Positions 1-11,967 of a stretch of 64,000 bases of DNA are shown here, piece by piece (positions within the stretch are counted from its first letter, which is position 1; each line of letters opens with the position of its first letter). Source of the DNA: an uncultured Spirochaetota bacterium (lineage in GTDB: Bacteria > Spirochaetota > Spirochaetia > SZUA-6 > CAVTHK01); NCBI GenBank assembly GCA_963734495.1, contig CAVTHK010000003.1:1-64000 (forward strand), given 5' to 3'. Below the pieces are notes generated by a model, which made no database searches, had not been told where the DNA came from, and saw only the letters and a list, made by a program, of their open reading frames with translations. Made by a program: the position numbers and the translations under genes.

Positions 1-140
1 CATTGCTTGGTGAGATAGCCATGACCACAGGAGAAACTATAAAGTGGGATCCTGATAAGGAAGAGATCATCGGCAACCCGATCGCTTCAAGGCTGCTCAG
101 CCGTCCATACCGTCAACCCTGGAAATTGCCAACAGTTTGA
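1..140 (+). CDS. 3' end of Gfo/Idh/MocA family oxidoreductase (partial, runs off window start)
   Basis: Manual translation from base 3: [45 protein letters not shown], the typical C-terminal WDP...RxPW tail also seen in the two other Gfo/Idh/MocA genes here. Confidence 0.75.
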   Translation, partial: LLGEIAMTTGETIKWDPDKEEIIGNPIASRLLSRPYRQPWKLPTV

Positions 141-183
141 TAAATGAGTTAGTCAGGCCATAATAAAATTAAATCAAGAACTG

Positions 184-1403
184 ATGAAAAAACAATATTC
201 TACTTTTAATAATAGTCGACAGGATTGCTAACCCTCTTCTCAGCCTGCAAAAATGAATCAGGATATAAAACGCTGATCATTACCGGGCAGAATAATCATG
301 AATGGAAGATCAGTTCTCCGATTCTGAAGCAGATACTCGACGAGACAGGATTATTCTCTTCCGAAATAATGATTACTCCTGAAAAGGGAGGAGATATGAA
401 AAAATTTAATCCTGATTTCTCAAAGTACAGGCTCGTGGTGCTGGACTATAACGGAGATTCATGGTCAGACAAAACGAATAAAGCCTTCGTGGAGTTTGTA
501 AAAAACGGAGGAGGAGTTGTTGATTTATCATGCTGCAGATAATTCATTCCCCGGCTGGAAGGAGTATAATGAGATGACAGGCCTGGGTGGATGGGGCGAC
601 CGGAATGAGAAATCACGGACCTTATGTTTATTATAAGAACGATGAACTGGTTGTGGATACAGCTGCAGGACCCGGCGGCACTCATGGAAAACGCAGGGAA
701 TTTATTGTCAGAACGAGGATGCCTGATCATCCAGTTATGAAAGGCCTGCCGGCAAGATGGCTCCATGGCACTGATGAACTTTATAGTCTGCTCAGGGGAC
801 CAGCCAGAAATATGCAGATCCTTGCAACTGCATTTGCCGATTCTGCAGCAGGGGGAGGAACAATGAGGGATGAACCTATGCTTATGGCTATAACTTATGA
901 AAAAGGGAGGATTTTTCATACTGCAATGGGTCATGCTGACGAGGGAGGCGGACCTGCAATGCAGTGTGCCGGATTTATTGTAACCCTTCAGAGGGGTGCA
1001 GAGTGGGCTGTTACCGGAAATGTCACACAGCCTGTGCCGTTCGATTTTCCAAGCGAAGCCGGCGTAGTTATCAGTCCTGATTTCAAGGAGATTTCCCTCG
1101 ATGAGGCATTCTCAAAACTGGGAAGCTATGATATAGCAAAGAGCACAAGGTATTTTACGTGCCTCAAATTCCATATCACAAAATCTGCAGGAGATGCAAG
1201 TAAACTCCTTGATCTTGAGAAGCGCATGGTAAAAGTCCTGACTGACAAGGAAGCTACCACTGAGTCCAAAAAGCTTCTGCTTCGTGAACTCAGCTGGATG
1301 GGAAGCGATTATTCAGTTAATGCGATAAAAGAACTTGCAATCCAACCCTGATCTTAAGGACGAAACTGAATATGCACTCACAAGATTACAGTCAGGAAAA
1401 TAA
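184..1403 (+). CDS. ThuA-like (class I glutamine amidotransferase-like) domain lipoprotein with C-terminal helical/HEAT-like extension; frameshifted
   Basis: ORFs 225-542 and 587-1351; lipobox-like [60 protein letters not shown] motifs. Confidence 0.75.
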
Positions 1404-1424
1404 TGAGATCCTCTCTGTGATGAT

Positions 1425-1520
1425 ACCCCCCAACCCCCCTAGGGGGGCTAAAAGCGAGTTTTTAACCCCCATTCAGGGGGCAGGGGGGCAAAGACTCCGT
1501 AACGAAAGGGGCAGGGGGGT
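1425..1520. repeat. GC-rich palindromic REP/MITE-like module
   Basis: ACCCCCCAACCCCCCTAGGGGGG ... CCCCCATTCAGGGGGCAGGGGGG; the right end GGGGCAGGGGGG is duplicated at 1508-1519. Confidence 0.7.
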
Positions 1521-1560
1521 AAAACTTACAGAGGAACTCAGAGAAAAAAGGAAAAACTTT

Positions 1561-2493
1561 ATGCTGTCGCTTGTAATACCGGTCTTCAATGAAGAAAAGC
1601 TTATCGACGAGCTGGTAAGGAGAACTTTATCGGCACTGGATACCTTCATTAAGGAATATGAAATTCTTTTTGTTGATGATGGCAGTACCGATGAAAGCCT
1701 GAATGCTACTGCTTACTGGCAAAAAAAAGAGTGCCGGATAAAAATCATCTCATTATCGAAGAATTTTGGTCACCAGGCCGCCTACACCGCCGGACTGGAA
1801 CATGCCAGAGGCGATATTGTTGCAATGATGGATGGTGATCTGCAGGATCCTCCTGAACTGCTGTCCGACATGTACAAAATGATAATTGAAGAAGGATATG
1901 ATATTGTCAGCGGTAAAAAATCGGGCCGCAAGGGAAAAAAAGGCAGGAATTTTTATGCATTTCTCTTCCATCTTCTCTTCAGGCATATTGGTGAGATAAA
2001 GAATATGGAGAACTCAGGGAATTACTCCATGATGAAGCGGGAAGCGGTTGATGCTCTTCTTGCCATGAAGGAAAAGGTCAGATACCTTCCGGGGTTGCGT
2101 ACCTTTATCGGCTTCAGGCAGGGATATATCGAATTCGTCAGGGAGGACCGGCTGCAGGGCGATCCCAAAATGAGTATCCGCAAGCTTACAATCCTGGCCA
2201 CCGATGCTATTTTTTCCTTTTCAAGATTTCCGATACGGCTATGCCTGTTCATGGGATCGGCAGGGACAATGATATTCATGGCTGCTGGAATATATGTCCT
2301 GATCGCAAAGGCATACGGATTTGCAGTTCCAGGATGGTCGTCCACCATGCTCAGCATATATTTTCTCGGGTCCATTCAGCTTGTTTTTCTTGGCATTCTG
2401 GGTGAGTATGTATACAGAAGCTACAAGGAATCACAGAACCGTCCAGTATATTTTGTGAGGAAGTTTTATGACGGCGGTCAGGAGAAAAAATGA
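1561..2493 (+). CDS. Glycosyltransferase family 2, GtrB/polyprenol-phosphate glycosyltransferase-like
   Basis: LSLVIPVFNEE, VDDGSTD, LSKNFGHQAA, MDGDLQDPP, two C-terminal TM helices, GILGEY..R.Y.E...RPVYFV; true start likely ATG 1561 because the longer ORF reads through the repeat. Confidence 0.9.
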   Translation: MLSLVIPVFNEEKLIDELVRRTLSALDTFIKEYEILFVDDGSTDESLNATAYWQKKECRIKIISLSKNFGHQAAYTAGLEHARGDIVAMMDGDLQDPPELLSDMYKMIIEEGYDIVSGKKSGRKGKKGRNFYAFLFHLLFRHIGEIKNMENSGNYSMMKREAVDALLAMKEKVRYLPGLRTFIGFRQGYIEFVREDRLQGDPKMSIRKLTILATDAIFSFSRFPIRLCLFMGSAGTMIFMAAGIYVLIAKAYGFAVPGWSSTMLSIYFLGSIQLVFLGILGEYVYRSYKESQNRPVYFVRKFYDGGQEKK

Positions 2494-4562
2494 GAGAACC
2501 TGTTTTAAAATATCTCTTCCTTGCCATTTCCGGATCACTCCTTATAATTATGATCTATGTCAGCAGGGATGCCGGAATTACCTGTGATGAGGTGCTTCAT
2601 TATGATCATTCGCTGACTGTATATAATTTTTTTGCCTCACATGGTGCTGACAGATCGGTACTGAATACTCCTGTCACTCATCTTAAATATTACGGCCAAT
2701 CATATGACAATATCGTAACTATTATTATTAAGTGGCTTCACATTGAGGATGTATACGGATTCAGGCATATTATGAGTCCGCTGGCAGGCTGGCTGGCAAT
2801 AATGGTAACCGCGCTTTTTGCTGTCTGGCTTTCGGGATACACGACAGGGATCACCGTTCTTGTGCTTTTTGCAGTATCACCAACATTTATAGGACATTCG
2901 GGGAATAACCTTAAAGATATACCCTTTGCATTAGGATATATTGCAGGCACATACTTTATCTGCAGATTTATTTTTTCGGAAGGCAGGATCTCTCTTAAAA
3001 TCCTGTTTTTTCTGACAGCGGCTCTGGCTTTTTCAATAAGCATCAGGGCCGGTGGACTGTTGCTTATCTGTTATCTCTGTTTCTTCCTGTTCCTTTTTGC
3101 ATTTTACAGGTTTGTGATCCATAGAAAATTAGAATTCAGTGAGATCAGAAGGAAATTTCTCCTGATGTTAACCGTTTCTGTCATTTCGTGGCTCCTGGGA
3201 ATACTATTATGGCCATATGCCCTTCTTGGTCCGGTGAAGAATGTTCTTGAATCCTATCGTGTAATGGCTCATTTCCCCGGTACATTCAGGCAGATATTTG
3301 AGGGAAGGGTGGAATGGTCAGATTTTATGCCCTGGTATTACCTCTTAAAATCCATGTCTATTACTATTCCCCTGGTGGTTATGACAGGGTTCATTTTGTT
3401 TTTCCTCTTTTTAAAAAATATTTTTAAGGACAGGAAAGCCATAATTTATTTTTTCCTTTTGTTTACGCTCCTCTTTCCGATGGTTTTTGTGATTTATGAA
3501 AAATCAAATCTTTACAGCTCATGGAGGCAGTTCCTCTTTCTCTATCCTGCTATCGTACTGATAGCTGCAACAGGCTTCAGCAGCCTTTTCGGTTATTTAA
3601 GGAATGTAAAGTTCATTCAATGGTTTCTTGTTTTGTTCCTGCTGCTGATGTCGTATCATCCAGTGAAATTCATGGCACTGAATCACAGGTATGCCTATAT
3701 TTATTATAATCAGTTGGTAGGAGGTCTGAAAGGAGCGTATGGAAATTATGAGACAGACTATTATTATGTGAGCCAGACTGAGGCTTCCAAATGGCTTCTG
3801 GATTATCTGAAGGAGAGGAAAAAGACCGGTAAGATTAAAGTTAAGGCCACCTACTCCGTTAGCTGGTTGTTTCGGAATCATCCCGAAACAGAGACATCTT
3901 ATTTCAGATATGCTGAGAGAAGCATGTCAGACTGGGATTATGCAATAATTGTCAACAGGTACATCACCCCATATGATTTAAAGAACGGTTTCTGGCCGCC
4001 GCGGAATTCTATCCATACAATTTATGCAGACAAGATACCCATTTGTGCGGTGGTTGAGAGAAGAACAAAAGACGATCTTAATGGCTATAATTCGCTGATT
4101 GAGGGTAGAGCCGACGAAGCGGTTCTGTACTTTGAGAAAGCCCTTTTTGTTGATGACAGGGATGAAATGATTTATTACAACTATGCACAAGCCTTATATA
4201 ACATCGGAAAGAATCAGAAGGCTGATTCCGTATTAAGAAAGAGTCTGGAAATAAATCCGGATTTTGAGCTTGCTCTGATGTACCTTGGGAATATTGCCAG
4301 ATCTCAAAATAAAACAGATGAGGCAATAACATGGTATGGGAAAGTTATCAAAGCTGACAGGAAATACTTTGAGGCATATGTCGCATTGGCAGAATTATTG
4401 TCTGACAGAGATCTTATAAGGTCGAGAAATTTATTGAGGACATGCCTTAAAATGAATCCACAGTATAAAGCAGCAATATTAGCCCTGGCCGGGACATACA
4501 GAATTTCTGATCCGGATATTGCGCGGAAATATGAGGAGCTGGCAAATTCTGTCAGGCAATAA
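2490..4562 (+). CDS. Multi-pass membrane GT-C (ArnT/PMT-like) glycosyltransferase with C-terminal TPR repeats
   Basis: 690 aa; N-terminal TM then DE motif (GITCDEVLH), NNLKDIPFA, about 10 hydrophobic segments, C-terminal TPR-like helices; overlaps the GT2 stop (ATGA). Confidence 0.7.
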   Translation: MREPVLKYLFLAISGSLLIIMIYVSRDAGITCDEVLHYDHSLTVYNFFASHGADRSVLNTPVTHLKYYGQSYDNIVTIIIKWLHIEDVYGFRHIMSPLAGWLAIMVTALFAVWLSGYTTGITVLVLFAVSPTFIGHSGNNLKDIPFALGYIAGTYFICRFIFSEGRISLKILFFLTAALAFSISIRAGGLLLICYLCFFLFLFAFYRFVIHRKLEFSEIRRKFLLMLTVSVISWLLGILLWPYALLGPVKNVLESYRVMAHFPGTFRQIFEGRVEWSDFMPWYYLLKSMSITIPLVVMTGFILFFLFLKNIFKDRKAIIYFFLLFTLLFPMVFVIYEKSNLYSSWRQFLFLYPAIVLIAATGFSSLFGYLRNVKFIQWFLVLFLLLMSYHPVKFMALNHRYAYIYYNQLVGGLKGAYGNYETDYYYVSQTEASKWLLDYLKERKKTGKIKVKATYSVSWLFRNHPETETSYFRYAERSMSDWDYAIIVNRYITPYDLKNGFWPPRNSIHTIYADKIPICAVVERRTKDDLNGYNSLIEGRADEAVLYFEKALFVDDRDEMIYYNYAQALYNIGKNQKADSVLRKSLEINPDFELALMYLGNIARSQNKTDEAITWYGKVIKADRKYFEAYVALAELLSDRDLIRSRNLLRTCLKMNPQYKAAILALAGTYRISDPDIARKYEELANSVRQ

Positions 4563-4592
4563 ACAGGAGCAACATTAATTACTGATTTTTTA

Positions 4593-4600
4593 TAATTTTG
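4593..4600 (+). promoter_or_regulatory. Bacteroidota sigma-A -7 box (TAnnTTTG)
   Basis: TAATTTTG about 80 nt upstream of the 4680 ORF. Confidence 0.5.
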
Positions 4601-4679
4601 CAGCTGTTTTGTATTAGTTAAATATCAAGGGTGAAACTCAGATATAAAGTAATAGTAATGCTTAAACCAGAAAAGAAAA

Positions 4680-4934
4680 ATGAAGAAATCAATTTTAGTG
4701 TTTTCAATGGCATCACTTCTCATTGCAGGAGGTTTAAAAGCTGGCCTGGCACAGGAACAGCCAAAGCCAAAAAAAGATACAGTAAATATTGACACTGATG
4801 CCAAGCCCACCTTCTACTATGCTGAGGATGAAGCTTCAAAATCGAAAAGCAAGTTTCCCACAATCCCGGTCGTCGGAGGAGTAGTAGTGCTGCTTGCAGC
4901 CGGAGCATTCCTGGTTTTAAGGAAAAGGAAATAG
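4680..4934 (+). CDS. Small exported protein with signal peptide and C-terminal membrane anchor plus basic tail
   Basis: 84 aa; MKKSILVFSMASLLIAGGLKAGLA|QE, C-terminal IPVVGGVVVLLAAGAFLVL-RKRK. Confidence 0.75.
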   Translation: MKKSILVFSMASLLIAGGLKAGLAQEQPKPKKDTVNIDTDAKPTFYYAEDEASKSKSKFPTIPVVGGVVVLLAAGAFLVLRKRK

Positions 4935-5040
4935 ATATCCTTGCTGAACAATCCGCATTATCACACTTTCCAACGGCGGTAGGTACGGTACTTCATTTTC
5001 CTGGTCATTTTAAGGCGTTTGGATTTAAAACTTTATAGGA

Positions 5041-5906
5041 ATGAAATTATCATTTGTTTTGACTTTTTTAATTTTCATTTTTATTCATAGCGTTAATGCC
5101 CAGCAATTTAAGCCAGGTTTTTTCTGTTTTGAGGATGCTTTCCTTCTTTCACCGGATTACACGATTGAAAACCAGGCATATCTCTTAAAAAATCTTGGCT
5201 TTGACGGAATCGAGCTGGAAGGGCTGGACAATGCGGATGAAAAGCTCAGGATCCTGGAGAAATACAACCTTAAGCCTTATATGGTATATATCCAGGTCGA
5301 TATCGATAAGGAGAAGCCATTATGACGATCGCCTTCCTGATTTCATTAAAAAAGTTAAGCGACAAGGGAGTAACGCTCTGGCTTCATATTCACAGCGATA
5401 AATTCGGACCATCTGACCCTGCAGGGGATGAACTGTGTGTTCCTGTGATTCAGAAGCTTGCCGATTATGCCAGTGAATACAATGTCAGGATAGCCCTCTA
5501 TCCCCATTCCAGGTTCTGGCTTGAGAAAGTAGGTGACGGTGTAAGACTGACACAGAAGATTGACCGGAAGAACGTCGGAGCTGTTTTTAACCTGTGCCAT
5601 TTTCTTAAAACCGATGACAGGGGCTCGCTTGAGAAGAGCCTGAAAGCTTCAATTCCTTATCTTTCAGCTGTTTCAATTAATGGTGCGGATGACGGTGAAA
5701 CAAAAGATATGGAATGGTCGCGGCTTATACAACCCCTGGGAAAAGGATCTTTCGATGTGCTGAATATACTGCGGATACTCAGAGATGATAAATATACAGG
5801 ACCTGTCGGATTACAGTGCTATGATATTAAGGGAGACCCTTCTGACTTCCTGAAGATCTCGGCAGATACATGGAAAAGGTATTTGAATGAGCTGCAAACC
5901 AAATAA
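5041..5906 (+). CDS. Secreted sugar phosphate isomerase/epimerase-like TIM barrel (AP_endonuc_2); frameshifted
   Basis: ORFs 5041-5325 and 5322-5906; GFDGIEL, IALYPH, FNLCH, VSINGAD, PVGLQCY. Confidence 0.75.
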
Positions 5907-5917
5907 TTACGTATCCG

Positions 5918-7218
5918 ATGGCCATCACCAGAAGAAAATTTATAAAGAAAACCGGCTTGATTGCAGGCGGTTCAATTGTTCTGCCGGTAATAATACCATC
6001 GTGTTCCTCAGGGGCAAACGACAGGATAACAATCGGAATGATCGGTACAGGTGATCATGGGATAAACTGGAATCTTGCAGCATATTTAAAGCTCGACGGC
6101 TGCAGGGTAATTGCAGCATGTGATGTTGATTCTTCGCGGGCAGCTACAGCCAAAGCAATCATAGATAAAAAGTACGGTAACAATGACTGCAAAGTTTATT
6201 ATGATTTCAGAGAGCTGCTTGAAAAAAGAGAAATTGATGCCGTACAGATTTCCACTCCGGACCACTGGCATGTGCCGATCGCAGCTCTGGCCCTTAAGAA
6301 AAAAAAGGACGTCTGCTGTGAAAAGCCTACACTGACAATTCAGCAGGGCAGATACTTAAGTGATCTGGTAGCACGGTCGGAACAAGTCTTTCAGACAAGT
6401 CTTGAAGACAGGTCAGTCTCTCAGTACCACAGGATGGCTGAGCTTGTGCGCAATGGACGGATAGGTAGGAGTCAGGAAGATACGTGTAGGGCTTCCGGGT
6501 TCCTTTGCTCAAAATATGTATTATTACAATCCTGATCCGGCTGAGCAGCCGGTTCCTGCAGGATTTAATTATGATATGTGGCTGGGTCCTGCACCATATG
6601 CCCCTTATACAAAAGGCCGCTGCCACTATAATTTCAGATGGATAACTGATTATTCAGGCGGGAATATGACGGACTGGGGGGCCCATATGATAGATAATGC
6701 CCAATGGATGAACGGAACTGAGAAAACCGGTCCTGTGGAAGTTACGGGCACAGGTACATCACCTGAAACAGGTATATACAATGCCTTCGATAAATTCAGG
6801 CTTACCTATACTTACGAAAACGGAGTGACAATGGATGTTCATTCTGATTTTGTTGAGATTTATTGTGAAGGAACTGATGGCTGGCTGATGGTAAAGGACT
6901 GGAGAGGAAAGCTCGAAGCGAGTTCGGACGAAATCCTGAATTCAGTAATTGCTGAAAATGAGATCCATCTTTATACTGATGAAAGTGAACATGTGAATTT
7001 TCTGAAGTGCATCCGTTCACAGAAAACCGACTTATCATCCCGTGGAAGATATGCACAGAACTGCAACTATTGCTCATATCGGTAATATTGCAATGAAGCT
7101 TCAGCGAAAACTGCAATGGGATCCTTCGAAGGAGGAATTTGTCAATGATCCTGAGGCCAATCTGATGCGGACACGTCAGGAACGCGAACCATGGACGCTT
7201 AAAAATATACTTGGTTAA
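5918..7218 (+). CDS. Gfo/Idh/MocA oxidoreductase with Tat signal; frameshifted
   Basis: TRRKFIK Tat motif, IGMIGTG, ISTPDHWH, CEKP, WLGPAP, DWGAH; tail WDP..REPW ends TAA 7218. Confidence 0.85.
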
Positions 7219-7230
7219 TCTGCCAATCAG

Positions 7231-8179
7231 ATGGAAAAGATAAAAATATCTTCAGCACAGTTTGAGAACCGGAGCGGTGATAAAGAATATAACCTGTCAG
7301 TGATTGACAATCTGAGCAGAAAAGCTGCAGCTGAAGGTTCCAGGTAATAGCTTTTCATGAATGTTCGGTGACAGGTTATACTTTTGCCAGGAATCTTTCA
7401 AAAGAATGAGATGCTTGAACTTGCTGAATTTGTTCCATCAGGACCAAGTACTCGAACGCTTGATTGAGATTGCTCGGAAAAACAATATTGTTATCCTGGC
7501 TGGTCTTTTTGAGAAAGACACTGAGGACAAGATTTATAAAACCTATGTTTGTGTTGATAAAAACGGATTAATTGCAAAGTTCCGGAAGCTTCATCCCTTT
7601 ATAAATGAACATATGACTCCGGGAAATGAGTATTGTGTATTTGACCTGCTGGGATGGAAATGCGGAATACTAATCTGTTATGACAATAATATAATTGAAA
7701 ATGTCCGTGCCACAACCCTTCTGGGTGCTGATATAATTTTCATGCCGCATGTTACAATGTGTACCCCGTCAACCCGGCCCGGGTGCTGGTTTTGTCGATC
7801 CCGAATTATGGAAGAACAGGGAAGCAGACCCTACTTCACTCAGGCTCGAATTTGACGGGATGAAAGGCAGGGCATGGCTGATGAAATGGCTTCCTTCAAG
7901 AGCCTATGATAATGGGATTTATGCTAGTATTTTCAAATCCGATCGGCATGGATGATGACCAGCTGAAAAACGGATGTTCAATGATCATAGATCCATTTGG
8001 AGATATCATTGCTGAATGCCGTACCCTTGGGGATGATTTTGTGACAGCAGTAATTACCCCGGAAAAACTGACACATGGCAGGGGGGAGCAGGTATATTAA
8101 GGCCAGAAGACCGGATCTTTACAGGGATATTATCGGACAGCCCCATAATCCGGAACAGAAAGTTATCTGGCTTGAATAG
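7231..8179 (+). CDS. Carbon-nitrogen hydrolase (nitrilase superfamily); frameshifted
   Basis: SAQFE start, FHE, FRKLH and ICYD catalytic-triad motifs, SRAYDNG, SMIIDPFG, RRPDLY tail across ORFs 7361-8100. Confidence 0.85.
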
Positions 8180-8419
8180 GAGGACGATCACCCGATCCGG
8201 GAACAAAGCTTTAGTCTTTGTTTATTCATATTTGCCTCATACTGAGCCGGAATGTTAAATTTAAGTTAATATCTCCCCGGATCAGGAATAAATCATTCAG
8301 TTTGTTTGTCTTAAGTCTGATGCAATCACATTTGATAATCTGATATATGCAAATGCAAATCAGGGCTATTCATTAATGAAGACATTAGTGGAATAAATTA
8401 TCAACAAACAAGTACGGAA

Positions 8420-9793
8420 ATGAATAGAAGGTTATACACATAATACTGTTCAGTTGTTCATTAAGCCTGATATCTGGAAGTCATCTGAGCGCTCAGATCA
8501 AGAATCTGGTCGGTTGATGATTGCATCCAGTATGCATTGGAAAAAAATATTCAGGTGCAGAAAGCCCAGGTCAGCAACAGATATCAGTGAAGAAAACCTG
8601 AATCTATTGCAAAGTCAGCATGGCATCCATCATTAAGCGGTTCTGTAAGGCAGAATTTTGACTGGAGCAATCGTATCCAACAATGCAGCCGGGTCAACTG
8701 TTTTTGAAGGAAATAATGGTATTCAGATATTTCTGCTGCGTTCAGGAATGACAGTTTATAATGGTTCCAGGATTCGCAACTACTGTTAAAACAATCTGAA
8801 ACTGATTATGAAGCCGATCCAGATACAATACTGAGGTAATTAAGGAAACTGTCAGCCTGAGTGTGCTTAACGCCTACCTGCAGGTTCTGTATGCGGAGGA
8901 ACAGGTAAAGAATAGCAATAAACCAGATTAATTCACTGGCAGAGCAGCTTAACGCTGGCAGAAGAGAGATTGAAGCTGGGTGCAATATCAAATTCAGATT
9001 ATCTGCAGGTAAAATCGCAGCTCGCCACAGAAAAACAGACTCTTGCAATAGCCCAAAGCCAGCTTGCAATAAACAGGATAACTCTTATGCAACTGATGGA
9101 GTATCCATGAACCAGCTGACTTTTTGATTGAACACCCAAATCTGGACAGTCTGATCAATCAGAAAAGGACTCCTGATCCTGTCGAAATTTATCAGATAGC
9201 CCTTGGCATAAAACCGGAAGTGAAAAATGCCGAACTTAATAAAAAAAGTTCGCAGATCAGCGTCGATCTGGCAAAGGCAAGTTATTATCCCGGATATTTC
9301 AATGAATGCAGGTGTTTCAACTTCGTATTCAAGCTCTCAGAAGGAATCTTACGTCTGGCTAGTCAGCTTAAGAATAATATAAGTCCTGCTATTCGGACTT
9401 TCTGCATCAATCCCAATCTATCTCAACAGGCAGGTCAAGACAAATGTGGCAATTGCAAAGCTGAATACAGAATAATGCAGAACTTGAATGAATTCAATAC
9501 TAAAAGATCAGCTCAGGAAAGCTATTGAACAGGCATGTCAGGATGTAATCTCCTCCCAGATTGAGTATGAAGCAAGTGTTGAGGCATATAATGCTGTAAA
9601 AGAGTCATTTGATGTCGCTTCTGAAAAATATTTTCAGGGTATTATGAATTCGGTCGATTTTCTGATACAGAAGACAAGTTTTATTGCAGCTGAAAGCTCA
9701 TTGCTTCAGTCAAAATACAAATTGATTTTCAGCTACAAGGTTCTTGATTTTTATACGGGTTTGCCTCTGACATTCAAAAATAACAACAGGTAA
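8420..9793 (+). CDS. TolC family outer membrane efflux protein; heavily frameshifted
   Basis: Fragments (CIQYALEKNIQV, AYLQVLYA, AKASYYP, LQSKY..IFSYKVLDFYTG) directly upstream of the RND adaptor and ABC genes. Confidence 0.75.
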
Positions 9794-9818
9794 TAATTAT
9801 TATAAAAACAGACGAGTA

Positions 9819-11210
9819 ATGAAAAGGAGAAGAAATTTTAAAAGTCCGGTTTATATCATAATAAGTTCATTGGTGTTTATCCTGACCGGAGCATGCCATA
9901 AAGGTAAAAACTCCTATACTTTTGAAACTGCAGTCGTTAAAAAGGGTTCAATTATAAATACGATCACGGCAACCGGTACAGTACAGGCAGATACAACAGT
10001 ATTGATCGGTACGCAGGTTTCGGGTGTAATAAAGAAAATTTATGTCGATTTCAACTCAAACGTCAGAAAGGGACAGTTGCTGGCTGAGCTGGACAAGACA
10101 CCTCTTGAATTACCCAGGTACAACAGGCCGAGGCATCTCTTGAAGATGCAAAGAGCCAGGTTGAATTTCAGATAGGCTGCATATGAAAGGTACCAGGCTT
10201 TGCTTGATAAAAAGCTGGTGGCGAAGGCTGATTATGATCAGGTCAAGTATAATTATGATAACGCAAAGGCCAGCCTTAAGACCGCACAGGCCGGATTTGA
10301 CAAGGCAAGGGTAAATCTGAGTTACGCCACAATCTATTCCCCGATAACTGGAGTAGTATCTGAACCGGGCAGTGGATCAGGGTCAGACTGTGGCAGCCAG
10401 TTTCAGTACTCCGAATCTTTTTACAATCGGGAGCGATCTGACAAAGATGCAGGTTCAGGCCAATGTCGACGAAGCAGATATTGGACAGGTCAGACAGGGT
10501 CAGCCTGTGACCTTTACGGTGGATGCTTATCCTTCTGAAACATTTAAGGGTGATGTAAGACAGGTCAGGTTGCAGCCTGTTGTGACATCAAATGTGGTCA
10601 CTTATACAGTAATAGTCAATGCACCAAATCCGGAAAAGAAGCTGATGCCAGGCATGACTGCAAATATAACAGTGCTCGTTCAGAAGCTGGACAGTGTGCT
10701 TATAGTACCCGGTAAAGCTCTCCGGTTTACTCCGGATGCTGCATGGCTTGCCGAATATCATGAAAAACAACCCTTTCCCCAAACGTCAGGGAATGGGCGG
10801 CTCCGGAGGATCAGTGAGGACAGGCAGGGCAAACAGGTCAGGAAGGTCAATCAGGCCAGATCGGGCAGGACAAAGCACAACAGGTCAGAACAGCTGACAG
10901 CCAGAGACCTCAAAATGCCGGTGCTGAGGGTCAATCTAGTTCCGGTGAATTCCAGGAAGGTGGACGCTCAGGTAAAAAACCGGTTGTGGTCTGGGTAAAA
11001 TCAGGCGAAAAAATTCATCGCACCCGAATTGTAACAGGAGCCGTTGACGGATCGAATGCTGAAGTCAAATGGGGTTTAAAGGAAGGAGATGAAGTTATTC
11101 TCTCAATGAGTCTGCCTGGTAAGTCTGCAACAGCTTCAGCAGCTGCACCTGCAACAAGTCCTTTCATGCCTCAGCGCGGGAAGACGATAAGAATAGAAAG
11201 ATTTTCATGA
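9819..11210 (+). CDS. MacA-like periplasmic adaptor (efflux RND transporter periplasmic subunit); frameshifted
   Basis: TITATGTV, IGTQVSGVI, VDFNSNVRKGQLLAELD, IYSPITGVV, GQTVAASFSTPNLFTI, VDEADIG, LMPGMTAN. Confidence 0.88.
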
Positions 11211-11967
11211 AAACACTTATTGAAATAATTAAGCTCAGGAAAGATTACCATGTCGGTGATGTCACCGTTCATGCACTGCGGGGTGTTAACCTGGAAGTAC
11301 AGTGAAGGCGAGTTTGTTGCTATAATGGGAGCCAGCGGATCAGGAAAGTCAACTATGCTGAATATTATAGGATGTCTTGATAAACCCACCGAAGGTGACT
11401 ATATACTGGACGGGACCAATATCACTGATCTGACCAAAAACCAGCTGGCAGCCTTCAGAAACAGAAAGCTTGGCTTTGTTTTTCAGACTTACAATCTTCT
11501 TCCAAGAACTGATGCACTGGATAATGTAGAACTGCCATTGCTGTACAATTCATCCATCAAGGCAAAGGAGAGGAGAGACGAGGGCATTGAAAGCGCTTGA
11601 ATCAGTTGGGCTTTCTGACAGGATGTACCACAAGCCGAATCAGCTGTCAGGAGGCCAGCAGCAAAGGGTTGCCATCGCCAGATCGCTGGTGAATGATCCT
11701 GTTGTCATCCTTGCTGATGAGGCTACAGGAAACCTTGATACACGGACATCTTTTGAAATCATGGCTTTGTTCCAGGATCTGAATGATGCAGGGAAGACAA
11801 TAGTTTTTGTCACTCATGAACCAGATATTGCAAGATGTGCAACACGTAATATAATTTTCAAGGACGGTCACATCCTGAGAGAAACCATAGTAACTGACAG
11901 GATCAATGCACATGAGATGCTTGCCAGCCTGCCTGTTGAAGAAGATCAATATAATGAGATACAATGA
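11207..11967 (+). CDS. ABC transporter ATP-binding protein (MacB/LolD type); frameshifted
   Basis: GASGSGKST Walker [14 protein letters not shown] signature, [15 protein letters not shown]. Confidence 0.92.

Noticed and set aside
1372-1560. 63-aa N-terminal extension of the GT2
   Set aside because: It is translation through the preceding gene end and the palindromic repeat; family homology starts at ATG 1561
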